From: Caecitellus pseudoparvulus
Taxonomy: Eukaryota > Protista > Bigyra: Bicosoecida
Reading direction: 5' to 3'
DNA: 64,000 bases
Assembly (NCBI GenBank): GCA_965644315.1
Contig: CBFFRQ010000030.1
Span: 434,001-498,000, forward strand
Part shown: one piece after another, positions 46,878 to 56,800 of the stretch
Position numbering within the stretch: position 1 is the first letter of the stretch
How the letters are laid out: every line of letters begins with the position of its first letter
Program-made: the position numbers and the translations under genes
Notes under the pieces: generated by a model
Seen by the model: the letters and a program-made list of their open reading frames with translations, nothing else
Told to the model about the DNA's origin: nothing
The model's database searches: none

Positions 46878-46915
46878 GGGCACTCTCTCATAACGGAGTG
46901 TGGGCCCGGGCGGTG

Positions 46916-46985
46916 TGTGCATGCACTCACGACGGGTTGGCCTGCAAGCAGGACACCTGCCTGGCCAACCTCGACTCACTGCGCG
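46916..46985 (+). promoter_or_regulatory. Type II SECIS-like element in the SelW 3' UTR (non-canonical ACGA core)
   Basis: Helix I TGTGCA/TGCGCG; core A-CGAC (46929-46933)/CGAC (46972-46975); helix II GGGTTGGCC/GGCCAACCT; unpaired AA 12 nt from the core; apical mini-helix GCAGG-ACA-CCTGC. Confidence 0.8.
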
Positions 46986-47110
46986 AAGCACGGGGGTGGA
47001 GGGAGGGGCTATGGTACTGGCACCTTGCCCCACCCCCTTGCGACGCGCAGGCATGCCCCACCGCACCCCACACCTCGCAATGCACGTTTCTGCACTCCAC
47101 TGAGCTGAGC

Positions 47111-49171
47111 TCACCGCCCGGACAGCGCACGCAGAGCACTGCTGCCGCCCCGGGACAGGCTGCTGTGGATATCGCGTTGCACAGCCTTTGGCAGTGTTGT
47201 CCAGACAGAGGGCAAGACGCCCAGCGGGCAAGGCAGGCCGCCGTTCGCAGTGCGCTTGGCCCCCCCGAGCCGTCCCAGACCAGCCGATGGCGGCAGCTCT
47301 GGCGTCGAGTCCTGACTGCTGATGTCAATGACTTCAACGGAGCCTTGGGAGGAAGGGGCAGCGTCTTCAAGGTCTGTGGGGGGGGCAGACGCGAGGGCCT
47401 GCCCAGGGGCGGCCTTGGGGGCCTGTTGCAGGAACTTGGTCAGTGGGGAAGCTGCCACTTCGTCTGCGAACACCAGGTTGGACATGCGCACGCCAATGAG
47501 CCGCAGGCACAGCGCAGGAGGCTGAGGTGGCGCCTGTGCTTGTCCAGCATACTGCTCCTTCCATTTTCGCCTCGCGGTTGACGCTTTGACGGCTTCTTTT
47601 TCGAGCAGTCCCATGGCCGTGCTGGCCATGGTCTCTGGGTCGTCTGTGGGCCGCGGCAGTGCCACCTGCCGACTGAAGACCTTGAAGTCCCCCCTTTTCA
47701 ACTTCAAAGTCAAGGTGCGACCCTTGTACGGGACCCTCTCCACAGGGTCCTCCTCCTCCTCCACCTCCTCCTTCGCTGCACCTCGGCTGCCGACAGATGC
47801 TGCTTCTGGAGGTGCGTCAAAGTCCCCCTCGCCCACGTCAGGCGCGGCCTCTGACGAGCCGAAGAATTCCCAGCTCGCCCCCGAGGCAGGGTCCCCGCGG
47901 CGCATCATGGCAGACACGGTGTGTGCCAGGTTGTGGATGGTGACCCGGAGCTGGCCGAGGTCTGAGCAGTCCCGAAACGTGCGTTCCTGCGACACCGACT
48001 TCCGTCGGTGAGCAGCGTGGGCATCGCGCGAGGTGTCTGCGATGCCCAGCGCACAGCGCAGTAGAAACGTCCGCTGCAATGCGGATGTCGACAGCCACAC
48101 GGCCTGTGCGTGCTGCAGAAGGTCGCCGGCAGATCGCACGCCCAGCGCGTTCACGAGGGTGCTCTCAGACACTTTCCCGACAAAGGGGATGCGGCGCACG
48201 GGCAGCGGCGCCATGAAGTCCAGCACGCCTTGTCGGTTGAATGGCACGAAAAACTGCCCATTGGGCTTGTTCATGTCGCTGGCGATCTTGGCCAGCATGG
48301 GGTTGGGCCCGATGCCCGCCGAGGCAGTGAGGCCTGTCGCAGCGTGAATGGCAGCCCGCATCTCAGCGACGACAGCCTCGATGCCGCCCCGAAACGCATC
48401 CAAGCCCAAAGGCACGTTCTTCCTGGGAGAGCGCTCTGCTTCTGCCATGGCTGGCAAGTCTGTGTCAGCGGGCGGCGGGGCTGGGTGCATAGACCCGCGC
48501 ATGGACATGGTCGCCATGCGAGCCTGCTTGGGCGGAGGCTGCCCCGCCGCGGGACGTGCAGTGCCCAGCACCCCATGTTCCTTGCAATATTCGGTGATGT
48601 CCAGGTACGCTTCGTCCAGGGAGGCGGGCCTGAAGTCTGGATCGTACCGTGCGAAAATGCCCCGCACAACCTTCGCGGCAGCTGTGTACTTCTTGAAGTT
48701 GGGCGCCACGAAGACCAAGTGCGGGCACAGCTGCTTGGCGATGAAGCCCGGCATGGCAGAGCGGACGCCGTACTTGCGGGCTTCGTAGTTCGCTGTGGAG
48801 ATCATGCCCATGCCGCCGACAGCCATGGGTTGCTGGGCCAGCTCGGGGCGGTCCCGCATCTCCACAGCTGCGAAGAACATGTCCAGGTCCACCACCACCA
48901 TCACCCGGCTCAAGTCTCGACTCGCTTCCAGCTCGGCAGTCTGCGCTGCCACGGCGGCGGCGGCAGCGGCTCGGTCGGCGTCAGAGGCAGTTGCCAGCGA
49001 GGCTTTCATGGCTTGGATGCGGGCTTGATTTGAGGCGTCGTGGCGCTTGGCGTTGCGGAAGTACCGGGAGTCCTTGCTCATTTCGTGCACCACCTCTGCA
49101 ACCTTGGACTTGTCCACGCCACCCATGCCCGCCTTGTCGTGTGTGAAGTTGTACAGGTGTGGTGCCGCCAT
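47111..49171 (-). CDS. POLK: DNA polymerase kappa (Y family, DinB)
   Basis: N-clasp DKAGMGGVDK...SKDSRYF, VVVDLDMFFAAVE, STANYEARKYGVRSAMP, ASLDEAYLD, LAKIASDMNKPNGQ, RKSVSQERTF, LRLIGVRMS. Confidence 0.95.
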   Translation of the reverse strand: MAAPHLYNFTHDKAGMGGVDKSKVAEVVHEMSKDSRYFRNAKRHDASNQARIQAMKASLATASDADRAAAAAAVAAQTAELEASRDLSRVMVVVDLDMFFAAVEMRDRPELAQQPMAVGGMGMISTANYEARKYGVRSAMPGFIAKQLCPHLVFVAPNFKKYTAAAKVVRGIFARYDPDFRPASLDEAYLDITEYCKEHGVLGTARPAAGQPPPKQARMATMSMRGSMHPAPPPADTDLPAMAEAERSPRKNVPLGLDAFRGGIEAVVAEMRAAIHAATGLTASAGIGPNPMLAKIASDMNKPNGQFFVPFNRQGVLDFMAPLPVRRIPFVGKVSESTLVNALGVRSAGDLLQHAQAVWLSTSALQRTFLLRCALGIADTSRDAHAAHRRKSVSQERTFRDCSDLGQLRVTIHNLAHTVSAMMRRGDPASGASWEFFGSSEAAPDVGEGDFDAPPEAASVGSRGAAKEEVEEEEDPVERVPYKGRTLTLKLKRGDFKVFSRQVALPRPTDDPETMASTAMGLLEKEAVKASTARRKWKEQYAGQAQAPPQPPALCLRLIGVRMSNLVFADEVAASPLTKFLQQAPKAAPGQALASAPPTDLEDAAPSSQGSVEVIDISSQDSTPELPPSAGLGRLGGAKRTANGGLPCPLGVLPSVWTTLPKAVQRDIHSSLSRGGSSALRALSGR

Positions 49172-49565
49172 GTTGCGACGGCTGCGGAAATTGATACCCT
49201 GCCGACCCAGTCACAGCTCTGCCTCTTGCTGTGTGGTGCTGCTGCAGCGAATGGCAGCTCCGGTGATGGGGATGTGAAGATGGCCCAGAAGGCGCCGCGG
49301 TGGCCTGACCTTCACTGCCCGGTGCTGGCTGCGGAGCGGTGGACTGCGACGCGTGAACCGCTTGCCAGGCATTTGCTGCCGGTGGTTCGCACCCAGTGCG
49401 TCAACGTGCCCACGTGGACGTCTGCCGCCACGTAAAGCTGCACTGGCTTGCAATGGCCGCGGAGATTGTACGATTCGGGGGGGTGTGCGCGTGGCTGGGG
49501 GAGCGGGGGAGCCCCCCCCTCCCAGCCTTTACTCCCGGCTTGCATTGCACGAGCAGGCCTAGCCA

Positions 49566-50540
49566 TCACTCGTAGAACATCTCCCGCTTGATCTGGGCCG
49601 GGTCCACCTTCTCCCCCGGCAGCTCCCTGCAGAAGGGCGCCCGCGCCGGGCCGGAGTGCAGGGACGTCTTGCCCTGGGGCCCCTCGCAGGACAGCTGGCC
49701 GTTCATGGGCAGGGAGCCCCACTTGGTGAGGGTGGGCGCGCTGCCGCTCTTGCACGCCTCCAGCACCTGCACCATGGTGTCCGGGTTCAGGCACTCGTAG
49801 AAGTCGTCGTTGATCTGCACCATGGGCGCGTTGACACAGGCGCCCAGGCACTCCACCTCCACCAGCGTGAACATGCCGTCGGGCGTCGTCTCCCCCGTCT
49901 TGATGCCCAGGTGGCCCTCGATGGTGGCCTTGATCTCCTCGCTGCCACACACCATGCACGGCGTCGTGCCGCAGAGCTGGATGAAGTACTTGCCCACACG
50001 CTCGCGGTTGTACATGGTGAAGAAGGTGGCCACCTCGTACACCTGTGCGTCATCCACGCCGCAGATGCGCGCCACCTTCTTCATGGCTGCCACGGGCAGG
50101 AAGTTGCCACACTGGCGCTGGGCCAGGTCCAGCAGCGGCATGATGGCGGAGGCTTTGTAGTTGTCGGGGTACTTGCCTAGGATGGTCGCCACGACTTCGT
50201 TGTTCTCATCACTGAAGTCGAAGTGGTGCTCCCCTGTGTTCGTCTCGTCCGTCCGGTGCTGCGGGGAGGGACGGGCGGCGCTTCACCCTGTGCAGCTGCG
50301 GAAATAGCACCACTTCCGCATGCCCAACGTACCGACGCGTAGATGCTCGCAGCAGGGGTGCTGCTGCACACCGCCCGGGTCAGCTGTGAAAAGGAGGTGT
50401 TGGCGCAGGCGCAGTGTGCACGGCGTGCCCAGTGTGTCGGGTTTGCGCAGGTGGCTACGCACGTGCGTGGAGACAGCGCTGAGCGGCACTGGCGCAGCAG
50501 CGACAGCTGCCACGGCAGTGCTTACGGCGCGGCGCAGCAT
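49566..50540 (-). CDS. NDUFV2: NADH:ubiquinone oxidoreductase 24 kDa subunit
   Basis: Presequence MLRRAVSTAVAA; HRTDETNT...FDFSDEN; LLDLAQRQ; EVATFFTMY; CGTTPC and ECLGACVNAP [2Fe-2S] ligands. Confidence 0.95.
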
Positions 50541-50817
50541 GCTGATGGGCAGGGGGAAGGACTGGGCAAGCTGGGGCTTGGAACGGGCCGCCGGGTGCAT
50601 TTGGGTGGTTTGAATGTGCAGTGCAGAGGCTGCGCACTCGCTGACGGATGGCGGTCCTGTGGCACAATCGTGGCGTCGCCCAGCTGAGGCTAGACTGGAC
50701 TTCCGGATGTGCTCGTATCCTAGCCAAGTGTAGGGATAGTCAGTTTCTAATGCAGCGCCGCGCTGCCTCAGCACAGTCCCATGCCACAGCTGCAAGGATC
50801 GCCCAGCCTTCCCTGCC

Positions 50818-51278
50818 TCAGGAGGCGGCCTTGCCAGCTGCACCCGCTGCAGGTGCGCCTGTGTGCTTGCGGAGGAACCCTTCCAGACACTGCTGCTTCA
50901 GTGCGTCCCTCTGCTGCTGAAACTGTGTGAAGAGCGTGTCCCCGGCGGCTGGTGTGCCGGAGCGCTTGGAGCCCGCGCCCCGCGCCGCTCGCGCTTGGGG
51001 CGCTGCCGCTGGCCCAGATTGCCTGGCTTCTGTCTGTCCCCCAGCCCATTCATAGACAGCGTAGCAGGCGGCAAAGGCAGCATTGTAGAGCACCTGAGAG
51101 CGGGCAACGAGACAGGTGCAGTGCAGCCCAAGGCGAGCGACAGCGCCGGACGTACGAGGGTGCGCAAGGCAGATGCTTGGAGGCACTGCAAGGCAGCGTC
51201 AAGGTCAAGCTGGTGCGTGCTCCCGCAGACGCCCAAGAGCAGTGCCAGCGCGGCAATGGACACCGCAGTGTACCACAT
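50818..51278 (-). CDS. Small two-exon orphan protein (~130 aa) with hydrophobic N-terminus and C-terminal helical segment
   Basis: MWYTAVSIAALALLLGVCG...ALRTL, then a phase-0 GTACGT...CTCAG intron, then VLYNAAFAACYAVYEW...QFQQQRDALKQQCLEGFLRKH. Confidence 0.55.
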
Positions 51279-51471
51279 GGCAGCCAAAACGCCGGCGAAA
51301 CGTGGCGGCACGGAGCGCCTTTCAACGCAGCCGTCGCAGAGCCAGCGTCAAGCACACCGTGCAAGAATACGGCACAAGCGTCGAGCATGAATAAAGTGTC
51401 GTGGAAGTGGCATCGCGGGCACCGCTGCATTGAGACGCCACCCCAGCTGGGGTTGCAGGGGGTTGGAGCAC

Positions 51472-52350
51472 TTAGAAAGTGACGCTGCGGAAGGCGTCCT
51501 TCACGAAGTAGCCGTAGATGGTGCCGTCCTGCTCGTACTTGACGTACATGAAGTTGCCGCAGAAGGTGTCGCCGGCGTACTTGTCGCCCTCCAGCTCGCC
51601 CTCCTCGATCTCCTTGATGTACAGCTCAGGGCCGAAGAACTGCAGCTCCTTGAAGTTGGCCAGGATCCACTTCTGGGCGGCCTTGAAGCGCTTGCCGGCG
51701 GCCTGGAACTCCTCCTTGGAGCCGAAGGCCTTGTGGTACTTGGCCATCTTCACGAAGCCGTCCTGGAAGAAGGCCCAGTAGTCCTCCTTGAAGGCCTTCT
51801 TCTTGGCGAACTCGAACTCGTTCTCGATGTCAGGGAACATCCAGAACTGGTCCAGCTTCCACTCCTCAGCCTCATCAGCCTCCTCGTCACCCCCGGTGTC
51901 CACGGCGCCAGACTCGGACTTGTTCTGCAGGGGAGGGGGGCGAGGGGGCGCCGTGCTTGGCCTGCACCAGCGCCACACTGCAGCGCAGGCACTCTGCCGG
52001 CGTGTGCCGTGCCAGACAGCCCCGCAACGCCACGCACCACGATGGGGACACGGATCAGGCCAGTCTCGTTGCTGTGTAAGGGAGGCAGTGGCAGGCGGCG
52101 CCGTGCAGGAGCAGGGGCAGCAACGAGCACAGGTTGGGCGGAGAAACGGGTTCACCCGAACACGTCCCCGGCGCAAGCGGCCTGCACGCACCCCTCCTCA
52201 TCGACGACGTCCTCCCAAGGCTTGGCGTCGGAGAACATCTCCGTGCCAGTGACAATGCACTTGAACACCTGCAACGGGGGCGTGGGCGGCGTCGTGTGGC
52301 CCTGCGAACGCCCGCTGGCATGGCGCGGCGTGGCAACGCCGCACCTTCAT
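51472..52350 (-). CDS. TCTP: Translationally controlled tumour protein (TCTP) homolog, divergent; 4 exons
   Basis: MK|VFKCIVTGTEMFSDAKP, acidic loop, AQKWILANFKELQFF, YGYFVKDAFRSVTF. Strong codon bias suggests high expression. Confidence 0.8.
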
Positions 52351-52582
52351 GATGGATGCTGTGGTGGGAGCGGGTCGGCACAAACTGAGTGGCAACACAC
52401 GGTGCAGGTTGGAATGCGAGCAGAGCAAAAGTGTCGAAGGTAGGCAATTGCCGTCGCTGGCCTGAGCGTGCTCCCTCAGGCATGGGGCCTGCACCGTGCA
52501 CACGCTATGCTCCAGCGGCCGCAGACACGCCAACCCCAGCTGCAGCCAGTGCATTGCCCCTGAGCCAAGTGGCCCGACACGC

Positions 52583-53560
52583 CTACTGCCTGCTGCGGCG
52601 TGTGCGCATGCGCACGCGCCCCTTGCCTCGCACAATGCCCAGCGCGCCGTAGCGGCTGCCGTGTTTGGAGGCGGCGCGGCGCATCTTGTCGTACACGCCG
52701 TAGTCGTTCTCAGACACCAGCTCTGCATCACGGCGCGTCTCAAAGGGCGCTTGGTCTGTGACCAGGGACACCAGCAGGTTGGCGCGGGCCTGTGCGCGGC
52801 CGCCCGGCTTGCTGCCCAATGCCACCTTTTCCCACGCACGCTGGTTCACCAGCACCACCTTCCAGCCCTTGGAGCGGATGAGGTCGTACTTGGCCTGCAC
52901 GTCTGGCTTCAGCACGTGTGTGCCGGGGAAGTAGTCGTCTGCCGCCACGACGTCGATGACCAGGTACATGTGCTTCAGCGCAGCGAAGGCGTGGACGCCC
53001 TCCGTGATGAGCTCCTGCTTGTTCACAGGCCATCCTAGACGACCAAGCGTGCGCAGGACGCCAATGCGAGCTGATCGCATGGGGTCAAAGCTGGCGTGGG
53101 GCGCGAGCATGGGGGCGAGTGCGGGGGTGCTCAGGCGCACGCGCTGCAGTGCTGGCACAGAGACAGCCAAGGGTACGCACCGAGCTGCAAACCGGACGGC
53201 TTGCCGGATGGTCAGTGCGTCTGCTTTGCGGGCAGCCTTCTTCTTCCAGCTGGGCACGCCTGCCCGCGAGCGGTGCCGCACCTGCAATGGACGGGGACAG
53301 GTCCGTTCACAGTCAGCGGGGGTGCGGAATATGCACCGCCTCTGCATCAGAACGGCAGCACGCACCGGCATGCCGTGCACGCTGGGGGCAGCAGCTGCTT
53401 GGGTTGAGGGGGTGCCTACCACTCTGTCCAGGCGGGGCATGGCAGATGCGCCAGTCCACGCGCTGATGCCACGGGAGAGGGCTGGTGCCGGCACGGCCAA
53501 GGGCACAGCGCCACGCAGCAGCGCCTGCCTGGCGCCACGCGCCACGACGTTCAGGGCCAT
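52583..53560 (-). CDS. Probable mitochondrial RAP-domain-like RNA-binding protein
   Basis: Arg/Ala-rich presequence MALNVVARGARQALLRG; C-terminal KYDLIRSKGWKVVLVNQRAWEKV resembles the RAP consensus. Probably contains in-frame introns. Confidence 0.55.
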   Translation of the reverse strand: MALNVVARGARQALLRGAVPLAVPAPALSRGISAWTGASAMPRLDRVVGTPSTQAAAAPSVHGMPVRAAVLMQRRCIFRTPADCERTCPRPLQVRHRSRAGVPSWKKKAARKADALTIRQAVRFAARCVPLAVSVPALQRVRLSTPALAPMLAPHASFDPMRSARIGVLRTLGRLGWPVNKQELITEGVHAFAALKHMYLVIDVVAADDYFPGTHVLKPDVQAKYDLIRSKGWKVVLVNQRAWEKVALGSKPGGRAQARANLLVSLVTDQAPFETRRDAELVSENDYGVYDKMRRAASKHGSRYGALGIVRGKGRVRMRTRRSRQ

Positions 53561-53899
53561 GGCGGTGCAGGGTAGGGGCGGGTGGCGTCTCACAACACAC
53601 GCAGGACAAACAAGGATGCGTTGGGGGATGTTGATTTGCGCTACCGTGCCCGTTTCTCAAGGCTGCTCGCTGTGCTTGCGGCACCACCGCCACGCAAACA
53701 CAGTTGTTGTGGGGCAGGTCCTGGAATGGTGGCCCAGTCTCACCGCCCGAACATTTCAATACCCCCCGTCCTCACGACTACCCAGGCATCCACTCCGACG
53801 GAGGTGCCTCCTGACGCTCTCTGCGCTGCCAGGGGGGTTCGTCTCGTTCACCAGCCACCAGCAGTGTGCTGTGACAGTGCCGCTGCCAGCCGCCGACCG

Positions 53900-56800
53900 A
53901 TGGCGGGCATGTCTGAAACCAAGCTGTCTGCCACAGGGGGCGTTGTGTCTGTGTATGACCTGCACTCCCTGGTCAAGGATGTCTCTCGCCAGCCTGTGAA
54001 GGTGGCGCAAGGTGCGTGCCGGTGCAGTGTCGCCAGCGACCCGGCCATCCGACTTTGGCCTTGCGTGTGCCAGCACGGGTGGCTGCCTGCACGCGCCTGG
54101 GCTGTGCCAGTCGTGCACGCCGACCATGTTGGCCCTTCACCCCTCGGGGCTCCTGTGTCGCGCGATGTGTGCCGACTGTCAGCGTCTCGAGTTCTCACCA
54201 GCGGCACCGGAGCGTTTCTCACCTGGCTGGGCGACCTTTCGGGTTGAGCGGCCGCTGTCGCTTGCCAGCCGCCCTCGCATGCACGCCTCCACTGCCTTGT
54301 GCCGCCTACATGTGGTGTGACATGCCGGGCACCCATGTGTGCTTGTGGGCGGTCCGCTGCGCCCTGCTGCGGACGCCCGCCGCCGCGTGTGTGGCGTTTG
54401 AAGTGCCAGCAGGCAGCGTCAGTCATTGGCGCAGCTCAGCGCGGCCACCATGCACCTGCTCAGCCTTGTCACTGCCCCACGCCGCCCCATGCACAGAACC
54501 AGACAAGATCGTGGGAGCGGCGGCGCCGAGCCGTCCCCGCGACCAAGCCTTGCTGCTAACGGAAGGCACGCTGTACCGTGTGTGGGCCGGCATGGTGCAG
54601 GCTGTGCAGAGCAAGGTGAGCGCGCGTGCCCGCACTGCCCGGCCACGGCACGCCCCTGCACATGCTGCCTCCTCCATACTCTCCACAGCTGTCCCCTGGG
54701 GCCGGCACACAGGCCGCTACCATGACCGCTGCGGGCGGGGCCGCAGCCATCGCCCGTGGCGCCCGGTCAGTGCAGGTGCCTGGTCTGGGGGATTTCTTCT
54801 TCCGAGAGTTCCGCCACGGCATCCGCCTGCCCCAGTTCGCGCTGGCCGACACCTTCGCCTCCGCCCACGGACTGCGCTTCGTGCCCCACGCGCCAGCAGG
54901 CGGACTGGGTGCGCCGGGCGCCACGTACGCCGCCCTGACCCCCGCCTCCCAGCGCGTCAAGGTGGGCGCCAAGGTGACGGGGGAGGACGTCGCCGCCCTC
55001 GCCAACTCCTTGACAGACAGGGAGCTGGAACACTTCCTGGCCGCCTTCGGGGGTGTTCCAGGAACACAGTCCTGGACGCCGCCCTCGCCCACCGCTGGGG
55101 CGGGCGGGTCCACCACCGCAGCAGGCCTCTCTCGCCGGGGGTCCAGCGCTCTGTACTCCCCCTCCAGCGGCAAGCGCGGCAGCGGCAGCAGCAACCGAGT
55201 TTCCCGCGGCGTCGCCGCTGCCGCCATGCATGCGCTGTGGGAGGCTGCAGGGCAGGCAGCCACCTTGGCGGGCACGTCCCCCTCTGGGCCTGACGCGCTG
55301 CACCTGCCCTTTGGCTCGCTAGGCAGTCTGCAGGGTCGCGCCAGCGCCGTGACGTTTGAGTTCGCTCACGGAGAGGATGTCCCCCGCGGCACCATCGCGC
55401 GGCACTTCGACGCAGCTGCTCAGCGCGGGCAGCACCTTTTCACGGCAGGCGGTGGGGGGAACTTCAGCTTGCTGCCGGCCGACCCCGCCAAGGCGCTGGC
55501 AGACCACCTGGTCGCAGACGCCGACGTCGTCAACAAGCTCCGTGTGGAGGCGCAAGAAGCAGATATTGTTGCTGAGGTACGCCTGCCAGCGGACCTGGGC
55601 GGAGGTGCCACCTCGGCACGTGCGACGTGGGGCCGCATGGCGACCGACCCGACCGCTCATGTGACGCCCCCCAGTGAGGCCTTGGCAGTGCGGGAGGCCG
55701 CCCTTCAGGCTGCCTCAGCCCAGTCCAGCGCCGTGCGGCGGGATGTGCAGTCCGCCCGTGTGCCGCACAGGGGGCGGGGTCTTCTGGAGCCGGGGGCCGG
55801 CAGGGTGGCTGAGCTGGGTGCCACAGTGGGTGCCCCTGAGAGCAAGGGCGCCCGCCCACCCCTGCACGCCAAGCAGGCTTGGGAGAGCCAGCCTGTCGCC
55901 TCATCCCCCTCACACCTGTCCCTGCACCTGACTAGTCTGGGCCTGGGGCAGGGTGCAGCAGGGGGGGACCTCGTCCCACACCCCCCCCCTCCCCAGGGCC
56001 CCCAGGCGTGGGAGGGCACCCCTGGCACGGACGCTGTGTCCTCTGCCGTCTTCGGCAGTGCGCCCTCTGACCGGGGCTCTGGGCTGCTGGAGGCGGTGGG
56101 GACGCTGGAGGAGACGGCGGGAAGCATGGCCCCCTCCAGCGCCGACCAAGCCGACGTGGACGACGCCACAGCGGACATGGTGGCTGACGGGCGCTACGCT
56201 GGCCTGCGCCTGACGGTGGGGGACTCGCCTCGTCTGCAGGCGGCAGCGGCCAACGCGTACCCGCCCCTGCTGAACACCTTCTCACGCACCCGTGCCGCGC
56301 CCCTGCACGAGCACGACATCCCCGGCGTGATCAAGGCGGGCAGTGGCGCCTCGGCACGGGGCACCACGTCCGGCTCCACTCCCCACGCGCCTGCCGCCAC
56401 CCAAGCCTCGGCTCGCCTGCGAGGCAGTCAGTCCCTGCGCAAGGCTGCCAGCGTGCGTGAGCACCGGAAGCAGGAAGGCGCCGCAACTGCCGCCCAGAGC
56501 GCACAGGAGTTCGGCGCCAACACCTCCCTCACCCACGCCCTGGGCAGTCGGTACACGCCCTCTGCTGCCAGCCTCTCCCTCACCCGCTCCAAACAGGAGG
56601 GCGGGGCCCGGGTCCTGCAGGCTGTCCTGCCTGGGACAGGCGCCGAGACGGATGTCTCGGAGGCCCTCACAGCAGGCCGCTCGGACCGCTCTGGCTCCGC
56701 CAGCGTCACGCCCGGGCGCAATCGCTTCGCCTTGACGCAGCGGTCTCTGGACACGTCGCGCCAGGCGGCACGAGCGTCTGCTCGCAGCATGGTGCCAGGT

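Noticed and set aside
50640-50820. TGA ending the small orphan as a SelS/SelK-type C-terminal Sec
   Set aside because: No stop codon closely follows the TGA, and I found no SECIS-like fold downstream.
25793-53560. Apparent cluster of mitochondrial genes (QCR6, ALT, FTHFS, NDUFV2, RAP)
   Set aside because: Interspersed with unrelated genes on both strands; consistent with chance in a gene-dense genome.
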